Below are positions 26,433-36,527 of a stretch of 64,000 nt of DNA, in pieces. Position numbers and translations under genes: made by a program. The notes under the pieces are model-generated. The model saw only the letters and a program-made list of their open reading frames with translations, did no database searches and was not told the DNA's origin. Within the stretch, counting starts at the first letter, position 1, and every line of letters starts with the position of its first letter. The stretch is from an uncultured Actinomycetes bacterium (lineage in GTDB: Bacteria > Actinomycetota > Thermoleophilia > Solirubrobacterales > 70-9), in contig CAVQCK010000001.1 of the NCBI GenBank assembly GCA_963710955.1, positions 204,920-268,919 of the forward strand, in the 5' to 3' direction.

Positions 26433-28313
26433 ATGGTAGCCCTTGCGGTAGCCCTTCTGGCTGCCCCGGCCGCAGACGGGAAGCAGCAGCCGCGGGTCAC
26501 GATCGTGGTGCTCCCCCAGCACGTGACCGTAGGCCAGCTGGCCGGGGTCCACGGGATGGGCGTCGGGTTTCTCTCCGCCGGGATCGGTGACGTTCCCGCG
26601 GATCAGACCTACCTCGACGTCGGGCAGGGCGCGCGTGTCACCGAATCGCTCTATGACGGCTCGTTACCTCGGCTCGATGTCTCCTCGGGACACGGTGGGA
26701 CCGCGAAGGTGCCGCCGCCCGAGTGGGGGACGGTTCGCCAGCGGGCCGACTCCGTCCCCGCGGACATCGTGCCCGGATTGCTCGGTACGACCTTGGAGCA
26801 GGCGCATGTGGCCATGGGCGCCGGCTCGAGTGCGGGCAGCGCGGCTCTGATGCTGGTCGATGAGCATGGGGCGCTTGGAGGTGCTGGCTGTCATGGAGGC
26901 TGCCCGATAGTCAGCGTCGAGTCCGCGAATCTCGCCGCCGTCCGCCGGCTTGCCGGTCACTCGCACGGCGACGATCTCGTCGTCGCGATCGAGCGGCCGC
27001 CGCCCGCGTCCAATCGCGCGCTCGCCCTCGGGATCGCCGGCAGCGGGTTCGACGGCACGCTCACCTCCGACTCGACCCGGATGCGAGGCTTCGTCCTCTC
27101 GACCGATCTCGCGCCCACGATTCTCGCGCGGCTCGGGATCCCGAAGCCCAGCGACATGACGGGGGAGCCGATCCGTACGGACGGAGCCGTGGACACGTCG
27201 TCCGTCCAGGGCCTGCAGGACCGCCTCGCGGAGATCGGGCCCCGGCGGGCGCCAGTGATCGGCATCAGCGTGCTGATCTGGGTCGTGCTCACCGCGATCG
27301 CGGCAATCGCGTTCCGGCGCGAAGGACTGCGGGTCGCGCTCACGATCCTGGCGGCGTCGCTGGCGCTGGTGCCGGCGCTCCTCCTGCTCACGGCGGCGCT
27401 CGAGCCGAGCGAGCTCGCGGAGCGCCTGATCGTCGGCGCCGGCTGCCCTCTCGGCGCGGCGCTCGTGCTGTGGTTGGCGCCGGGCATGCGCGGCCTGGCG
27501 CTCTGCGCGGGGGCGTCCGTCCTCGTTTACGGCGTCGACGTGATCGCTGGGTCGCATCTCACCGAGCTGTCGCTGATCGGGCCAAACCCGATCGCGGGCG
27601 TCCGCTTCTACGGCATCGGCAACGAGATCGAGGCCACGGCGGCCGCCCTTGTCCCGATCGGGACGGGCGCCGCGTTGGCGGGGTGGGCGCCCCGCGCGTC
27701 GGCCCGCGGCGCGGCCGCGGCGTTCGGGATCACGGCGGTCCTCGCGGTGGCCGCCTTTGCCCCCGGAAGCTTCGGGGCCGACGTCGGCGCGGCGATCGGC
27801 ATCCCGATCGGTGCGGCGGTCGCGATCGGCATCTGCCTAGGCGTCAGGCGCAGCGGCTGGATCTGGGTGATCGTCGCCCCGCTCGCGGCGGTGGCCGCGC
27901 TGATCGCGATCGACCTCGCGACCGGTGGGAACGCCCATCTGACGCGGAGCGTTCTCGACGCGGGGGGGCTCGGGAACCTGGGCGACGTCTTCCAGCGCCG
28001 CCTCCAGCTCTCGGCCCACAGCTTCGCCCGCTACGCGCAGAACCTCATCTTCTGGATCGTGGTGGCGCTGATCGTGGCCGGGCTCACCCAATGGCGGCGG
28101 ATCAAGGGGTGGTTCGGCGGGCGGCGGACAGCCTGGGCGGGCTTCGTCGGGGCCATCGCGGCGACGGTCGCGGGGACCCTCGCGAACGACTCCGGGGCGC
28201 TGCTTCTGATGATCGGCGCGGTGCTCTGCGCGGCCATGGTCGGGGTCGCCTGGGCTACGCACGAGGGGCGTCGTTCGCCGACCTTTTGGGGACCCTCCGG
28301 TCCGGTAACCTGA
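26433..28313 (+). CDS. Large membrane protein: N-terminal extracytoplasmic domain with alkaline-phosphatase/sulfatase-like features, then about 10 TM helices
   Basis: Signal-like N-terminus. STDLAPTILARLGIPKPSDMTGEPI resembles the AlkP-superfamily C-terminal motif. Alternative starts at 26388 and 26412. Confidence 0.6.
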   Translation: MVALAVALLAAPAADGKQQPRVTIVVLPQHVTVGQLAGVHGMGVGFLSAGIGDVPADQTYLDVGQGARVTESLYDGSLPRLDVSSGHGGTAKVPPPEWGTVRQRADSVPADIVPGLLGTTLEQAHVAMGAGSSAGSAALMLVDEHGALGGAGCHGGCPIVSVESANLAAVRRLAGHSHGDDLVVAIERPPPASNRALALGIAGSGFDGTLTSDSTRMRGFVLSTDLAPTILARLGIPKPSDMTGEPIRTDGAVDTSSVQGLQDRLAEIGPRRAPVIGISVLIWVVLTAIAAIAFRREGLRVALTILAASLALVPALLLLTAALEPSELAERLIVGAGCPLGAALVLWLAPGMRGLALCAGASVLVYGVDVIAGSHLTELSLIGPNPIAGVRFYGIGNEIEATAAALVPIGTGAALAGWAPRASARGAAAAFGITAVLAVAAFAPGSFGADVGAAIGIPIGAAVAIGICLGVRRSGWIWVIVAPLAAVAALIAIDLATGGNAHLTRSVLDAGGLGNLGDVFQRRLQLSAHSFARYAQNLIFWIVVALIVAGLTQWRRIKGWFGGRRTAWAGFVGAIAATVAGTLANDSGALLLMIGAVLCAAMVGVAWATHEGRRSPTFWGPSGPVT

Positions 28314-28367
28314 CATCGGCCTGGCGACCCGAGCTCAGGCGGGCCGTCACCCCTAGCGCTTACTCCT

Positions 28368-30677
28368 ATGCGCATCGCAATCGTTAGCCCATACTCGTGG
28401 ACCTACGCCGGCGGCGTGAACCGGCACGTCGAGGCCCTGACCGGGGCCCTGTTCTCGCGTGGGCACGAGGTCCGCGTGATGGCGCCCTGGGACCCGCCGG
28501 ACCGGGTCTCGCGCGTGCTCCATCGCGCACCCGCCGAGGACCGCTCGCCGCCCGACTACCTGGTGCCGCTGGGCCGCACGGTCGGGTTCGGGGCCAATGG
28601 GGCCGTTTCCAATCTCGGCGTCTTTCCCCACGGGATCAACACGATGCGCCGCGAGCTTCGCGCCGGTGGCTTCGACGTCGTCCACGCCCATTCGCCGGAG
28701 GCGCCGGTCATCGGCTGGGACGCCTGCTCGTTCCGCGGCGCTCCGGTCGTCGGCACCTTCCACTCGTACTCGACCAAGCCGCTGCCGAACTGGATCGCGA
28801 ACGCGCTCGGCGCGCGGCGCAAGTTCAACCAGCTTCACGCGAGGATCGCCGTTTCGCAGGCGGCCTCCTGGACGGGGCGCCGCTGGTTCGGCGGCACCTA
28901 CCGCGTGATCCCGAACGGCGTCGACGTCGATGCCCCGCCGGTCGGGCCGAAGCCCGAGTCCGATGAACTGCGCGTGCTCTTCATTGGCCGCCCAGAGGAG
29001 CGCAAGGGGCTGCCCGTTCTGCTTCAGGCATTCGAGGGCCTGGTCGAGCATGTCCCGGCCCGCCTCACGGTGATCGGCTCGACCGAAGCCGACGTCAAGG
29101 GCTATCTGAACGACCCGGCAGCCGAGGAGCGCATCGATGCGCTGGGCACGATCGGGGGGTCCGAGCTGTGGCGCCGGCTGCACGAGGCGGATGTCCTCTG
29201 CGCCCCCTCCCTCGCGGGGGAGAGCTTTGGGATGGTGCTCACCGAGGCGTTCGCGGCCGGGACGCCGGTGATCGCCTCCGAGATCGCGGGCTACGCCGAT
29301 GTGGTGACGCACGGGGTCGACGGCATCCTGGTGCCGCCGGCCGACCCGCAGCGCCTGGCCGAGGAGCTCCAGGGCCTCTACGTGGAGCCCGAGCGGCGCC
29401 TGCGCATGGGCATGGCCGCCCGCGAGAGCGCCCAGCGTTACGCCTGGCCGAACGTCGCCGCGGAGGTCGAGGAGGTCTACGAACAGGCGCTGCGCGCGCC
29501 CGAGCCCGCGACCCGCACGGAGCGGATCGTCCGGACCAGCGGCCTGGCCCCGATCGACGGCAGCCGTCCCGCCCCGGCGGAGCGCCTGCCCTCCCTGGAT
29601 CCGGAGCCGGCTCGCGCGATGCAGCGGCACGGCCTCGCCCGCAAGGTGGCGCTCGGCGTGGCCGCCATCCTCGGCCTCGGGCTCACCGCGCTGGCGGCCA
29701 ACAAGATCGGGCTTCAGAACGTCGTCGCGAGCATCGTGCGCTCCGACCTTTCGCTGGTCTTCATGGCCCTCGGCCTGATGATGGCCGCGATGATGTTTCG
29801 AGCCGCCTCCTGGTACGCGATCGCCCGTGCGGCGCTGCCGCACAGCCGGCTTCGCCGCCGCGACGTCACCTCCGCGACGATGATCGGCGTGCTCATGTCG
29901 GCGACGCTGCCGGCGCGCCTCGGTGAGCCGGCGCGCGCCATGGTGCTCTCGCGGCGCACGGGGCGCATGCGCTCCACCTTCCCGGTACTGCTCGGCACGC
30001 TCGTCTCGCAGACGGTCTTCAACATCGCCGCCCTCGTCCTGCTGGGCGTGATCATCGTCTCGACGACTGACCTGTTCCACTCGTCGTCGACGAAGCTCTT
30101 CGCCTTCAGCCTCGTGCCTCTGCTGATCCTGATCGCGGTGCTCCTGGCTCCGGTGATCGTCCGGCAGCAGAACGGGAGCGGTCGCCTGGCAAGAATCTCG
30201 GCTGCGATGAGTGCGGCGCTGCTCCGCGTTCGCACGGGCCTGAGCGTCTTCCGCAACCCGCGCCTCGGCTCGTTCGCCGCCGCCGCGCAGCTCGCCGCCT
30301 GGGCCGTGCAGCTCCTGGCGTGCGCGGTTCTGTTCAAGGCGCTCGGCATGAGCGGCGTCGGGATCGGTGCCGCGGCCGCGGTCCTCTTCGCGGTCAACGT
30401 GACCGCCGTCGTGCCCGCGACGCCGTCGAACATCGGCGTGTTCCAGCTGGCAGTGATCAGCGTGCTTACGACCGGATTCGGCGTCGCGGCCGCCGACGCG
30501 TTGGCCTACGGGGTGATTCTCCAGGCCGTCGAGGTCGCGACGGCCGTGGTCCTCGGGCTTCCGGCCCTCGTCCGCGAGGGCCTCACCTGGTCCGATATGC
30601 GCCTGCGCGCCCTGAGCGCGGCGCCCGTTCGCCTGTCGCCGCGGAAGTCCAGACCCGGTGCGACCGAGGCGAGCTAG
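28368..30677 (+). CDS. Fusion of a GT4 glycosyltransferase with a lysyl-PG-synthase-type (UPF0104, flippase-like) transmembrane domain
   Basis: The N-terminus MRIAIVSPYSWTYAGGVNRHV...ESFGMVLTEAFAAGTPVIAS is GT4. The C-terminal ~330 aa are polytopic and UPF0104-like. Confidence 0.85.
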   Translation: MRIAIVSPYSWTYAGGVNRHVEALTGALFSRGHEVRVMAPWDPPDRVSRVLHRAPAEDRSPPDYLVPLGRTVGFGANGAVSNLGVFPHGINTMRRELRAGGFDVVHAHSPEAPVIGWDACSFRGAPVVGTFHSYSTKPLPNWIANALGARRKFNQLHARIAVSQAASWTGRRWFGGTYRVIPNGVDVDAPPVGPKPESDELRVLFIGRPEERKGLPVLLQAFEGLVEHVPARLTVIGSTEADVKGYLNDPAAEERIDALGTIGGSELWRRLHEADVLCAPSLAGESFGMVLTEAFAAGTPVIASEIAGYADVVTHGVDGILVPPADPQRLAEELQGLYVEPERRLRMGMAARESAQRYAWPNVAAEVEEVYEQALRAPEPATRTERIVRTSGLAPIDGSRPAPAERLPSLDPEPARAMQRHGLARKVALGVAAILGLGLTALAANKIGLQNVVASIVRSDLSLVFMALGLMMAAMMFRAASWYAIARAALPHSRLRRRDVTSATMIGVLMSATLPARLGEPARAMVLSRRTGRMRSTFPVLLGTLVSQTVFNIAALVLLGVIIVSTTDLFHSSSTKLFAFSLVPLLILIAVLLAPVIVRQQNGSGRLARISAAMSAALLRVRTGLSVFRNPRLGSFAAAAQLAAWAVQLLACAVLFKALGMSGVGIGAAAAVLFAVNVTAVVPATPSNIGVFQLAVISVLTTGFGVAAADALAYGVILQAVEVATAVVLGLPALVREGLTWSDMRLRALSAAPVRLSPRKSRPGATEAS

Positions 30678-30721
30678 CGGTCACTAACCTAGGCCGCCCG
30701 CCCAGACGACGAGGAGAATCG

Positions 30722-33079
30722 ATGGCCCTTTCGAACATCGCCGGCTTTCCGCGTATCGGACCCAATCGCGAGCTGAAGTTCGCGACGGAGGGCTACTGGC
30801 GTGGCGACGTCTCGCGGGATGACCTGCTGGCGACGGCGAAGCAGATTCGCGTCGACAACTGGAAGTTCATGCAGCAGGCCGGCGTGGACCTGATCCCGTC
30901 GAACGACTTCTCGCTCTACGACCAGGTCCTCGACACGATCGCCCTCGTGGGCGCGGTGCCGGACCGTTACGAGCACTCGGGCGGCCCGCTGGACATCGAC
31001 ACCTACTTCGCGATGGCCCGCGGCCGTCAGGAGGAGGGCATCGACGTCACCGCGATGGAGATGACCAAGTGGTTCGACACGAACTACCACTACATCGTCC
31101 CCGAGCTCGGGCCCGACACCAAGTTCTCCCTGTCCTCGACGAAGCCGTTCGACGAGCACGCCGAGGCGATGGAGGAGCTCGGGATTGACACAGTCCCCGT
31201 GATCGTCGGGCCGGTCTCGTTCCTGCTCTTGGGCAAGTCGGCTGACGGCGTCCCCGCGGAGTTCGACCGCCTCGACCTGATCGAGGCCATCCTCCCCGTG
31301 TACGGCGAGGTCATCGAACGGCTCGCCGAGCAGGGCGCCACCTGGGTCCAGCTCGATGAGCCCTGCTTCGTGCAGGACCGCTCCGATCACGAGCTCGACG
31401 CGCTACGCCTCGCCTACGAGGAGCTGGCCAAGGTCCACGAGCGCACCCGCATCTGCGTCAAGACCTACTTCGACCACGTTGGCGATGCCTTTGGCGTCCT
31501 CCGCGACCTTCCGGTCGAGGGCATCGGCCTCGACTTCCACCGCGGCGGGCCGGACCTGGACCGGCAGATGGTTCGCAAGGGCGGACCGCGGAACATCGAA
31601 TTCGTCGCCAGCGAGGGTGGCCTCGAGGACAAGTGGCTGTTCGCTGGGATCGTCGACGGTCGCAACGTCTGGATCAACGAGCTAGAGCACAGCCTCGACC
31701 TGCTCGGTGGCATGCGTGACCGCTGCAAGCAGCTCGTCGTCTCGACGTCGTGCTCGCTCCTCCACACGCCGCTCGACCTCGACAACGAGCCGCCGTCGGA
31801 CGTGCTCGACGACGAGCTGCGCTCCTGGATGGCGTTCGCGAAGCAGAAGGTCGGCGAGGTCGTGACGCTCGCCACGGGCATGGGCGAGGGCCGCGAGGCG
31901 ATCGCGGCCGAGCTTGACGCGAACGACCGGGCGCTCGACGACCGGCGCGAGTCGCACCGCACGCGCAACCCGGCGATCCGCGATCGCGTGGCCGCCCTCA
32001 CTGACGACGACGCGCGCCGGTCTAGCCCCTTCGAGGTGCGCCGCGAAGCCCAGCACGCTCGCCTGAACCTGCCGCTGTTCCCCACGACGACTATCGGGTC
32101 CTACCCGCAGACGGCGGAGATCCGCCAGGCGCGGAAGGAGCTTCGCGAGGGCGCCATCGATCGCGATGACTACGACAAGCGCATGCGCTCCGAGATCGAG
32201 CGGGTCATCGGCTTCCAGGAGGAGATCGGCCTGGACGTCCTCGTCCACGGCGAGCCCGAGCGAAACGACATGGTCCAGTACTTCGCGGAGCAGATGGAGG
32301 GCTACGTCTTCACGCAGAACGCTTGGGTTCAGTCCTACGGGTCGCGCTACGTGCGCCCACCGATCATCTACGGCGACGTCAGCCGGCCCAGCCCGATGAC
32401 GACGGACTGGATCGCGTTCTCGCAGTCTCTCTCGGAGAAGCCCGTGAAGGGAATGCTCACCGGCCCGGTGACGATGCTCCAGTGGTCGTTCGTCCGTGAT
32501 GACCAGCCGCGCTCAGCGACCTGCGAGCAGCTCGCGCTGGCGATCCGCGACGAGGTCTCCGACCTCGAGGCGGAGGACATCAAGGTGATCCAGGTCGACG
32601 AGCCGGCGATCCGGGAGGGCCTACCGCTGCGCCGGGACCGCTGGGAGGAGTACCTGGAGTGGGCCGTTTACTCGTTCCGCGTGGCCACGACGGTCGTGCG
32701 CGACGAGACCCAGATCCACACGCACATGTGCTACTCGGACTTCGGCGACATCATGGAGCAGATCCAGCAGATGGACGCCGACGTGAACCTGATCGAGGCT
32801 GCGCGCTCGCGCATGGAGCTGCTCCACGACTGGGAGCGCACCGGCTACGGGCAGGAGATCGGCCCCGGCGTCTACGACATCCACTCGCCGCGCGTCCCCT
32901 CCACCGAGGAGATGGTCGAGCTGCTCCAGGCTGCCGCAAAGGTCCTCGACCCGGAGCAGATCTGGGTCAACCCGGACTGCGGCCTGAAGACCCGGGCCTG
33001 GCCCGAGGTCGAGGCCGCGCTCCGCAACATGGTGCAGGCGGCGAAGCAGCTGCGCGAAGAGCTCGTCCCCGCCGGGTAG
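30722..33079 (+). CDS. metE: Cobalamin-independent methionine synthase
   Basis: [26 protein letters not shown], 785 aa, MetE-like over its whole length. GAGGAG Shine-Dalgarno. Confidence 0.95.
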   Translation: MALSNIAGFPRIGPNRELKFATEGYWRGDVSRDDLLATAKQIRVDNWKFMQQAGVDLIPSNDFSLYDQVLDTIALVGAVPDRYEHSGGPLDIDTYFAMARGRQEEGIDVTAMEMTKWFDTNYHYIVPELGPDTKFSLSSTKPFDEHAEAMEELGIDTVPVIVGPVSFLLLGKSADGVPAEFDRLDLIEAILPVYGEVIERLAEQGATWVQLDEPCFVQDRSDHELDALRLAYEELAKVHERTRICVKTYFDHVGDAFGVLRDLPVEGIGLDFHRGGPDLDRQMVRKGGPRNIEFVASEGGLEDKWLFAGIVDGRNVWINELEHSLDLLGGMRDRCKQLVVSTSCSLLHTPLDLDNEPPSDVLDDELRSWMAFAKQKVGEVVTLATGMGEGREAIAAELDANDRALDDRRESHRTRNPAIRDRVAALTDDDARRSSPFEVRREAQHARLNLPLFPTTTIGSYPQTAEIRQARKELREGAIDRDDYDKRMRSEIERVIGFQEEIGLDVLVHGEPERNDMVQYFAEQMEGYVFTQNAWVQSYGSRYVRPPIIYGDVSRPSPMTTDWIAFSQSLSEKPVKGMLTGPVTMLQWSFVRDDQPRSATCEQLALAIRDEVSDLEAEDIKVIQVDEPAIREGLPLRRDRWEEYLEWAVYSFRVATTVVRDETQIHTHMCYSDFGDIMEQIQQMDADVNLIEAARSRMELLHDWERTGYGQEIGPGVYDIHSPRVPSTEEMVELLQAAAKVLDPEQIWVNPDCGLKTRAWPEVEAALRNMVQAAKQLREELVPAG

Positions 33080-33275
33080 CTCGGGGCCGGTCGGCGCTCC
33101 TTTCCGACGATCGACTGAACGACTGAGCCGCTATATGCGGTCGAATCACTCACTCGGCGATCGAGCCGCGCATTCTTAGCGGTGCTTTACACAACGCTTG
33201 CCGAACGCTTGCTAGCCTGATCTCTCGGAGTAAATGCGGCAGCCTGTCACGGCGGGCAGAGGGGAATTGAGAGAG

Positions 33276-33581
33276 ATGGCTGACCAGCGAGTGCGGGGAT
33301 TTGCCCTGCGAGGAGATGAGCCGCAGCGCTTGGAGTTGAGCGATGGCTCGCGCTTGATGCTGGATGGAGCGTCAGGCGAGGATCGGACCGAGTGGCGCCG
33401 CCTGGGCCGACGGCATTCCAACCTCTCGGTGTCCGAGGCGGCGGACCTGGCAGGGGACGAGTACACGGAGTACGTGGAGGTTCGGACCCGCGCCGAGGTC
33501 GAGTGGCTGCGGACGGTGGCCGACTGGTACCGCCAGCAGGCGGACGGCCTGCAGCGGCAGCTGGCCGACGCCAAGGCGTAG
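33276..33581 (+). CDS. Hypothetical protein
   Basis: High-GC3 ORF. The ATG at 33276 follows a purine-rich Shine-Dalgarno. ATG 33234 is an alternative start. Confidence 0.4.
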   Translation: MADQRVRGFALRGDEPQRLELSDGSRLMLDGASGEDRTEWRRLGRRHSNLSVSEAADLAGDEYTEYVEVRTRAEVEWLRTVADWYRQQADGLQRQLADAKA

Positions 33582-33584
33582 TCG

Positions 33585-35126
33585 CTACAGAACGACCCCG
33601 TGCCGGACGACGTTGGTCGAGACGACCTGCTCGTCTGCGAAGTAGCGCAGATAGGCGGAGCCCCCAGCGTGTGCGCCGGTCCCGGATAGGCGGTTGCCGC
33701 CGAAGGGCTGGCGTCCCACCATGGCGCCCGTGATCGCTCGGTCCACGTAGACGACGCCGGCCGGAAGGCGCTCGATCAGGGCGTCGATCCGGTCCGGCTG
33801 GCGGCTGAAGACGCCCGCGGTCAGGGCCTGCGGAAGGTCCCGCACGCGGTCGGCCGCTTCGTCCAGGTCGCGCACCCGCTCGACGGTCAGGAGCGGGCCG
33901 AAGATCTCGTCGCGGAGCACCGGGGTGTCCGCCGGCAGGCGGTCGCCGTCGACGAGCAAAGGAGCGACGAACTGCGGGCCGTCAGCCGGCGCCGCGTGGG
34001 CCAGCTCCGCGCCCATCGAGGCCTCGGCATAGCGGCCGTACTTGGCCACTGCGTCCGGGTCGATCAGGGCGGGGACCTCGGTCGCGAAGTGCTCGGCCGG
34101 GCCCACGCGCAGAAGCTCGACCGCGCCTGCCAGCCGCTCCGCGAACCGGTCGGCGACCCCCTCGTGGACGAGCGCGCGCGACGCGGCCGAGCACTTCTGC
34201 CCGCCGTAGCCGTAGGCCGAGCGCACCACGGCGGGGACCGCCTCGTCGAGGTCCACGTCGGAGTCGATGAGCACGCAGTTCTTGCCGCCCAGCTCGGCGA
34301 CGATCCGCTTGATCTGGCGCTGGTCCTCCGCCTCGTGGGCGCGGCGCTGGATCTCCAACCCGACGGCCACCGACCCGGTGAAGGCGATGGTGGCGATCCG
34401 CGGCTCGGCGACCAGCCAACGACCGAGGTCGCCCGCGGCGGGCAGGAACGCGAGCGCGTCGTCGTCGACGCCCGCATCCAGCAGCAGGCGGGCGAGCTCA
34501 AAGCCGCACGCCGGGCTCTGCTCGGCCGGCTTGAACAGCACCGGGCTGCCCATCACGAGCGCCGCCGACACCATCCCGCACGGGATCGACAGCGGGAAGT
34601 TCCACGGGCTGATCACCGCCGCGGGCCCGCGAGGCCGCAGGCGCAGCTCGTTGCGCTCGCCCGGCGCCTGTACCAGCCCTTCCGCCATCCCGCGCGCGCC
34701 CAGCGCATAGAAGCGCAGGAAGTCGATTGCCTCGCAGACCTCGGCGTCCGCGTCCTCCCAGGGCTTGCCGACCTCACGCACCACGAGCGCCGTCATGCGG
34801 CGGCGACGCTCGTCCAGGAGGTCAGCGGCGCGCTCGAGCACGCCCGCCCGGGCGGCGGGCGCACGCTGAGGCCAGGCCGAGCCGAGCGCGAGGTCGAGGG
34901 CGCGCTCGGCGGCATCGACCCCAGCCCAACCCAGGCGGGCGACCTCCCGCTCCGGCGCGCATGGATCGGTCGAGGTCGTGCCCTCGCCGCGCCGGCTCTC
35001 GCCACCCACGAGAGTCTCCGGCTGCAGCGGCAGCTCGCGGTCGAGAGCCGCCAGGGCGCCGGTCAGGTCCTCACGGACCTCGGGCCGGCGGAGCTCCAGC
35101 ATCGGGTGGTTTCGGAAGCCGGTCAC
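33585..35126 (-). CDS. Aldehyde dehydrogenase family, 1-pyrroline-5-carboxylate dehydrogenase-like
   Basis: ALDH motifs (FTGSVAVG, ELGGKN, GQKCSAASR). GTGA overlap with the proline dehydrogenase stop. Confidence 0.85.
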   Translation of the reverse strand: MTGFRNHPMLELRRPEVREDLTGALAALDRELPLQPETLVGGESRRGEGTTSTDPCAPEREVARLGWAGVDAAERALDLALGSAWPQRAPAARAGVLERAADLLDERRRRMTALVVREVGKPWEDADAEVCEAIDFLRFYALGARGMAEGLVQAPGERNELRLRPRGPAAVISPWNFPLSIPCGMVSAALVMGSPVLFKPAEQSPACGFELARLLLDAGVDDDALAFLPAAGDLGRWLVAEPRIATIAFTGSVAVGLEIQRRAHEAEDQRQIKRIVAELGGKNCVLIDSDVDLDEAVPAVVRSAYGYGGQKCSAASRALVHEGVADRFAERLAGAVELLRVGPAEHFATEVPALIDPDAVAKYGRYAEASMGAELAHAAPADGPQFVAPLLVDGDRLPADTPVLRDEIFGPLLTVERVRDLDEAADRVRDLPQALTAGVFSRQPDRIDALIERLPAGVVYVDRAITGAMVGRQPFGGNRLSGTGAHAGGSAYLRYFADEQVVSTNVVRHGVVL

Positions 35127-36466
35127 GCGGGCGCCTCGAGGAGCTCATCCAGCGACTGGTGGCGCTGGCGCAGCAGGAAGCCCTCGTTCGACGAGTTCTC
35201 CAGGAGCCGCCGAACGAGATACGCCATCCCTGCGACCAGGTCGCCGATCGGCGTGTAGACGCGGACCCGGTATCCCAGCCTGGCAACGCCCTCGGCCAGC
35301 TCGTCTCCGAGCCCGCGCAACACCTGCAGCTCGAGCTCGGCGGGCCCGCCACCCTGGCGCTCGTGGTAGGCGATCGCGTGGGCCAGCGAGCGAAGGTTGT
35401 GCGTGGCGATCGCTGGGCGAACCGAGTCGCGGGCATCCACCAGGCGGCGGGTGAGCCGTTCGAAGCAGGCGTCGGACTCGCGCTTCTCGCTCCATACCGG
35501 CGCCTCCCAGCCGCGCTGGCCCGCGAGGACGCTCTCGTGGTCCCAGTAGGCCCCCTTCACCAGCCTGATCGTCGGGGGCACCTCGCGGCCCGTCAGAGCT
35601 GGTGAGGACAGGATCCGGTCAAGCGTCTCGTCGGCGTCGCGCAGGTACGCCTGCAACACCACTCCGACCGAGGGAGCGGATCGGAACTCCTCGCTCGATA
35701 GCACCTCCTCGAAGGCCAGGAGCAGCGTCTCGCGGCTGTCGAAGTCCTCCATGTCCAGGTGGACGTGCGCGCCGAGCTCGCGCGCCAGGTGCAAGAGCGG
35801 GGTCAGGCGATGCGCCGCGTCGGCGGCGCCCACCTCCGGGGCGAGCGGGCGCAGCAGCGGAGTGAGCGCTGTGAGCTTGATCGAGAGGTTGGCGCGCGGG
35901 AGGGTGCCGTGGAGGTCCGCGTCGAGCAGCGGCTGCTCGGGCCACTCCCTCGTCACCTCGCTCAGCACGCGGAGCGTCCCGGCGCAGCGCTCGGAGTAGG
36001 CCTCGGCCTCCGCCTCTGAGACCGTCGACTCCCCCAGCAGGTCGAGCGCCAAGGCCTGGCCGCGGTGCCACATCGCCCTGAGGTTCCGGGTGGCGGAGCG
36101 GACGTCCCGGCCGGCGATGAACTGCCGGGCCAGCAGTGCAGTCGCCGGCCCGCTCGCCAGGCCGTAGGCGGCGAGGAGCGGACGCGGCGCGACGCCCGCA
36201 CGGAGCGGACGCAGGGTGGCGGGGATCGGCTCGCCGTCGACCGCGCGCACGAACGCGCGCAGGTGCGCGCCGCGATCGAGCGCTCCATGGCACGCGGGAG
36301 CTGCGTCGACGAACCGGAACATGGCCGAGCGCAGCGCCGGGCGGCCGTCGAGGCTGCCCAGCTGCCGCCGCCCGAGCGCCACCGCCGGCCGCCTCCACGA
36401 CGACGGCTCGACGCGCCACAGCTCCTCCGCGAGCTCCCGGATCCGGGTCTCGAGCGCCTCGTCCAT
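35123..36466 (-). CDS. Proline dehydrogenase
   Basis: VVLQAYLRD, RLVKGAYWD, IATHN, MAYLVRRLLENSSNEGFL. Confidence 0.85.
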   Translation of the reverse strand: MDEALETRIRELAEELWRVEPSSWRRPAVALGRRQLGSLDGRPALRSAMFRFVDAAPACHGALDRGAHLRAFVRAVDGEPIPATLRPLRAGVAPRPLLAAYGLASGPATALLARQFIAGRDVRSATRNLRAMWHRGQALALDLLGESTVSEAEAEAYSERCAGTLRVLSEVTREWPEQPLLDADLHGTLPRANLSIKLTALTPLLRPLAPEVGAADAAHRLTPLLHLARELGAHVHLDMEDFDSRETLLLAFEEVLSSEEFRSAPSVGVVLQAYLRDADETLDRILSSPALTGREVPPTIRLVKGAYWDHESVLAGQRGWEAPVWSEKRESDACFERLTRRLVDARDSVRPAIATHNLRSLAHAIAYHERQGGGPAELELQVLRGLGDELAEGVARLGYRVRVYTPIGDLVAGMAYLVRRLLENSSNEGFLLRQRHQSLDELLEAPA

Positions 36467-36527
36467 CCAGCCGCGAGGCTACTCCCGAACCGGGTCTGAA
36501 CCTGCGCTTGGCTATGGTGGACGCACG

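Noticed and set aside
28353-30080. 575-aa minus-strand ORF opposite the GT4-flippase fusion. The same applies to 24337..25755, 14918..16051, 15447..16781, 59741..61102, 61106..62323, 61762..63204 (apart from its last 72 codons, which I call as the 62986..63204 small membrane-protein gene) and 35619..37016.
   Set aside because: All are shadow ORFs of confidently called genes with no recognisable motifs.
30560-30721. Looked for a cobalamin or SAM riboswitch upstream of metE
   Set aside because: Only 44 nt separate metE from the upstream stop. I could not find a B12 box (GCCACTG-like), the GGTGC/AATCC core, or SAM-type motifs in the preceding 160 nt. A model-based scan of 30500-30725 would settle it.
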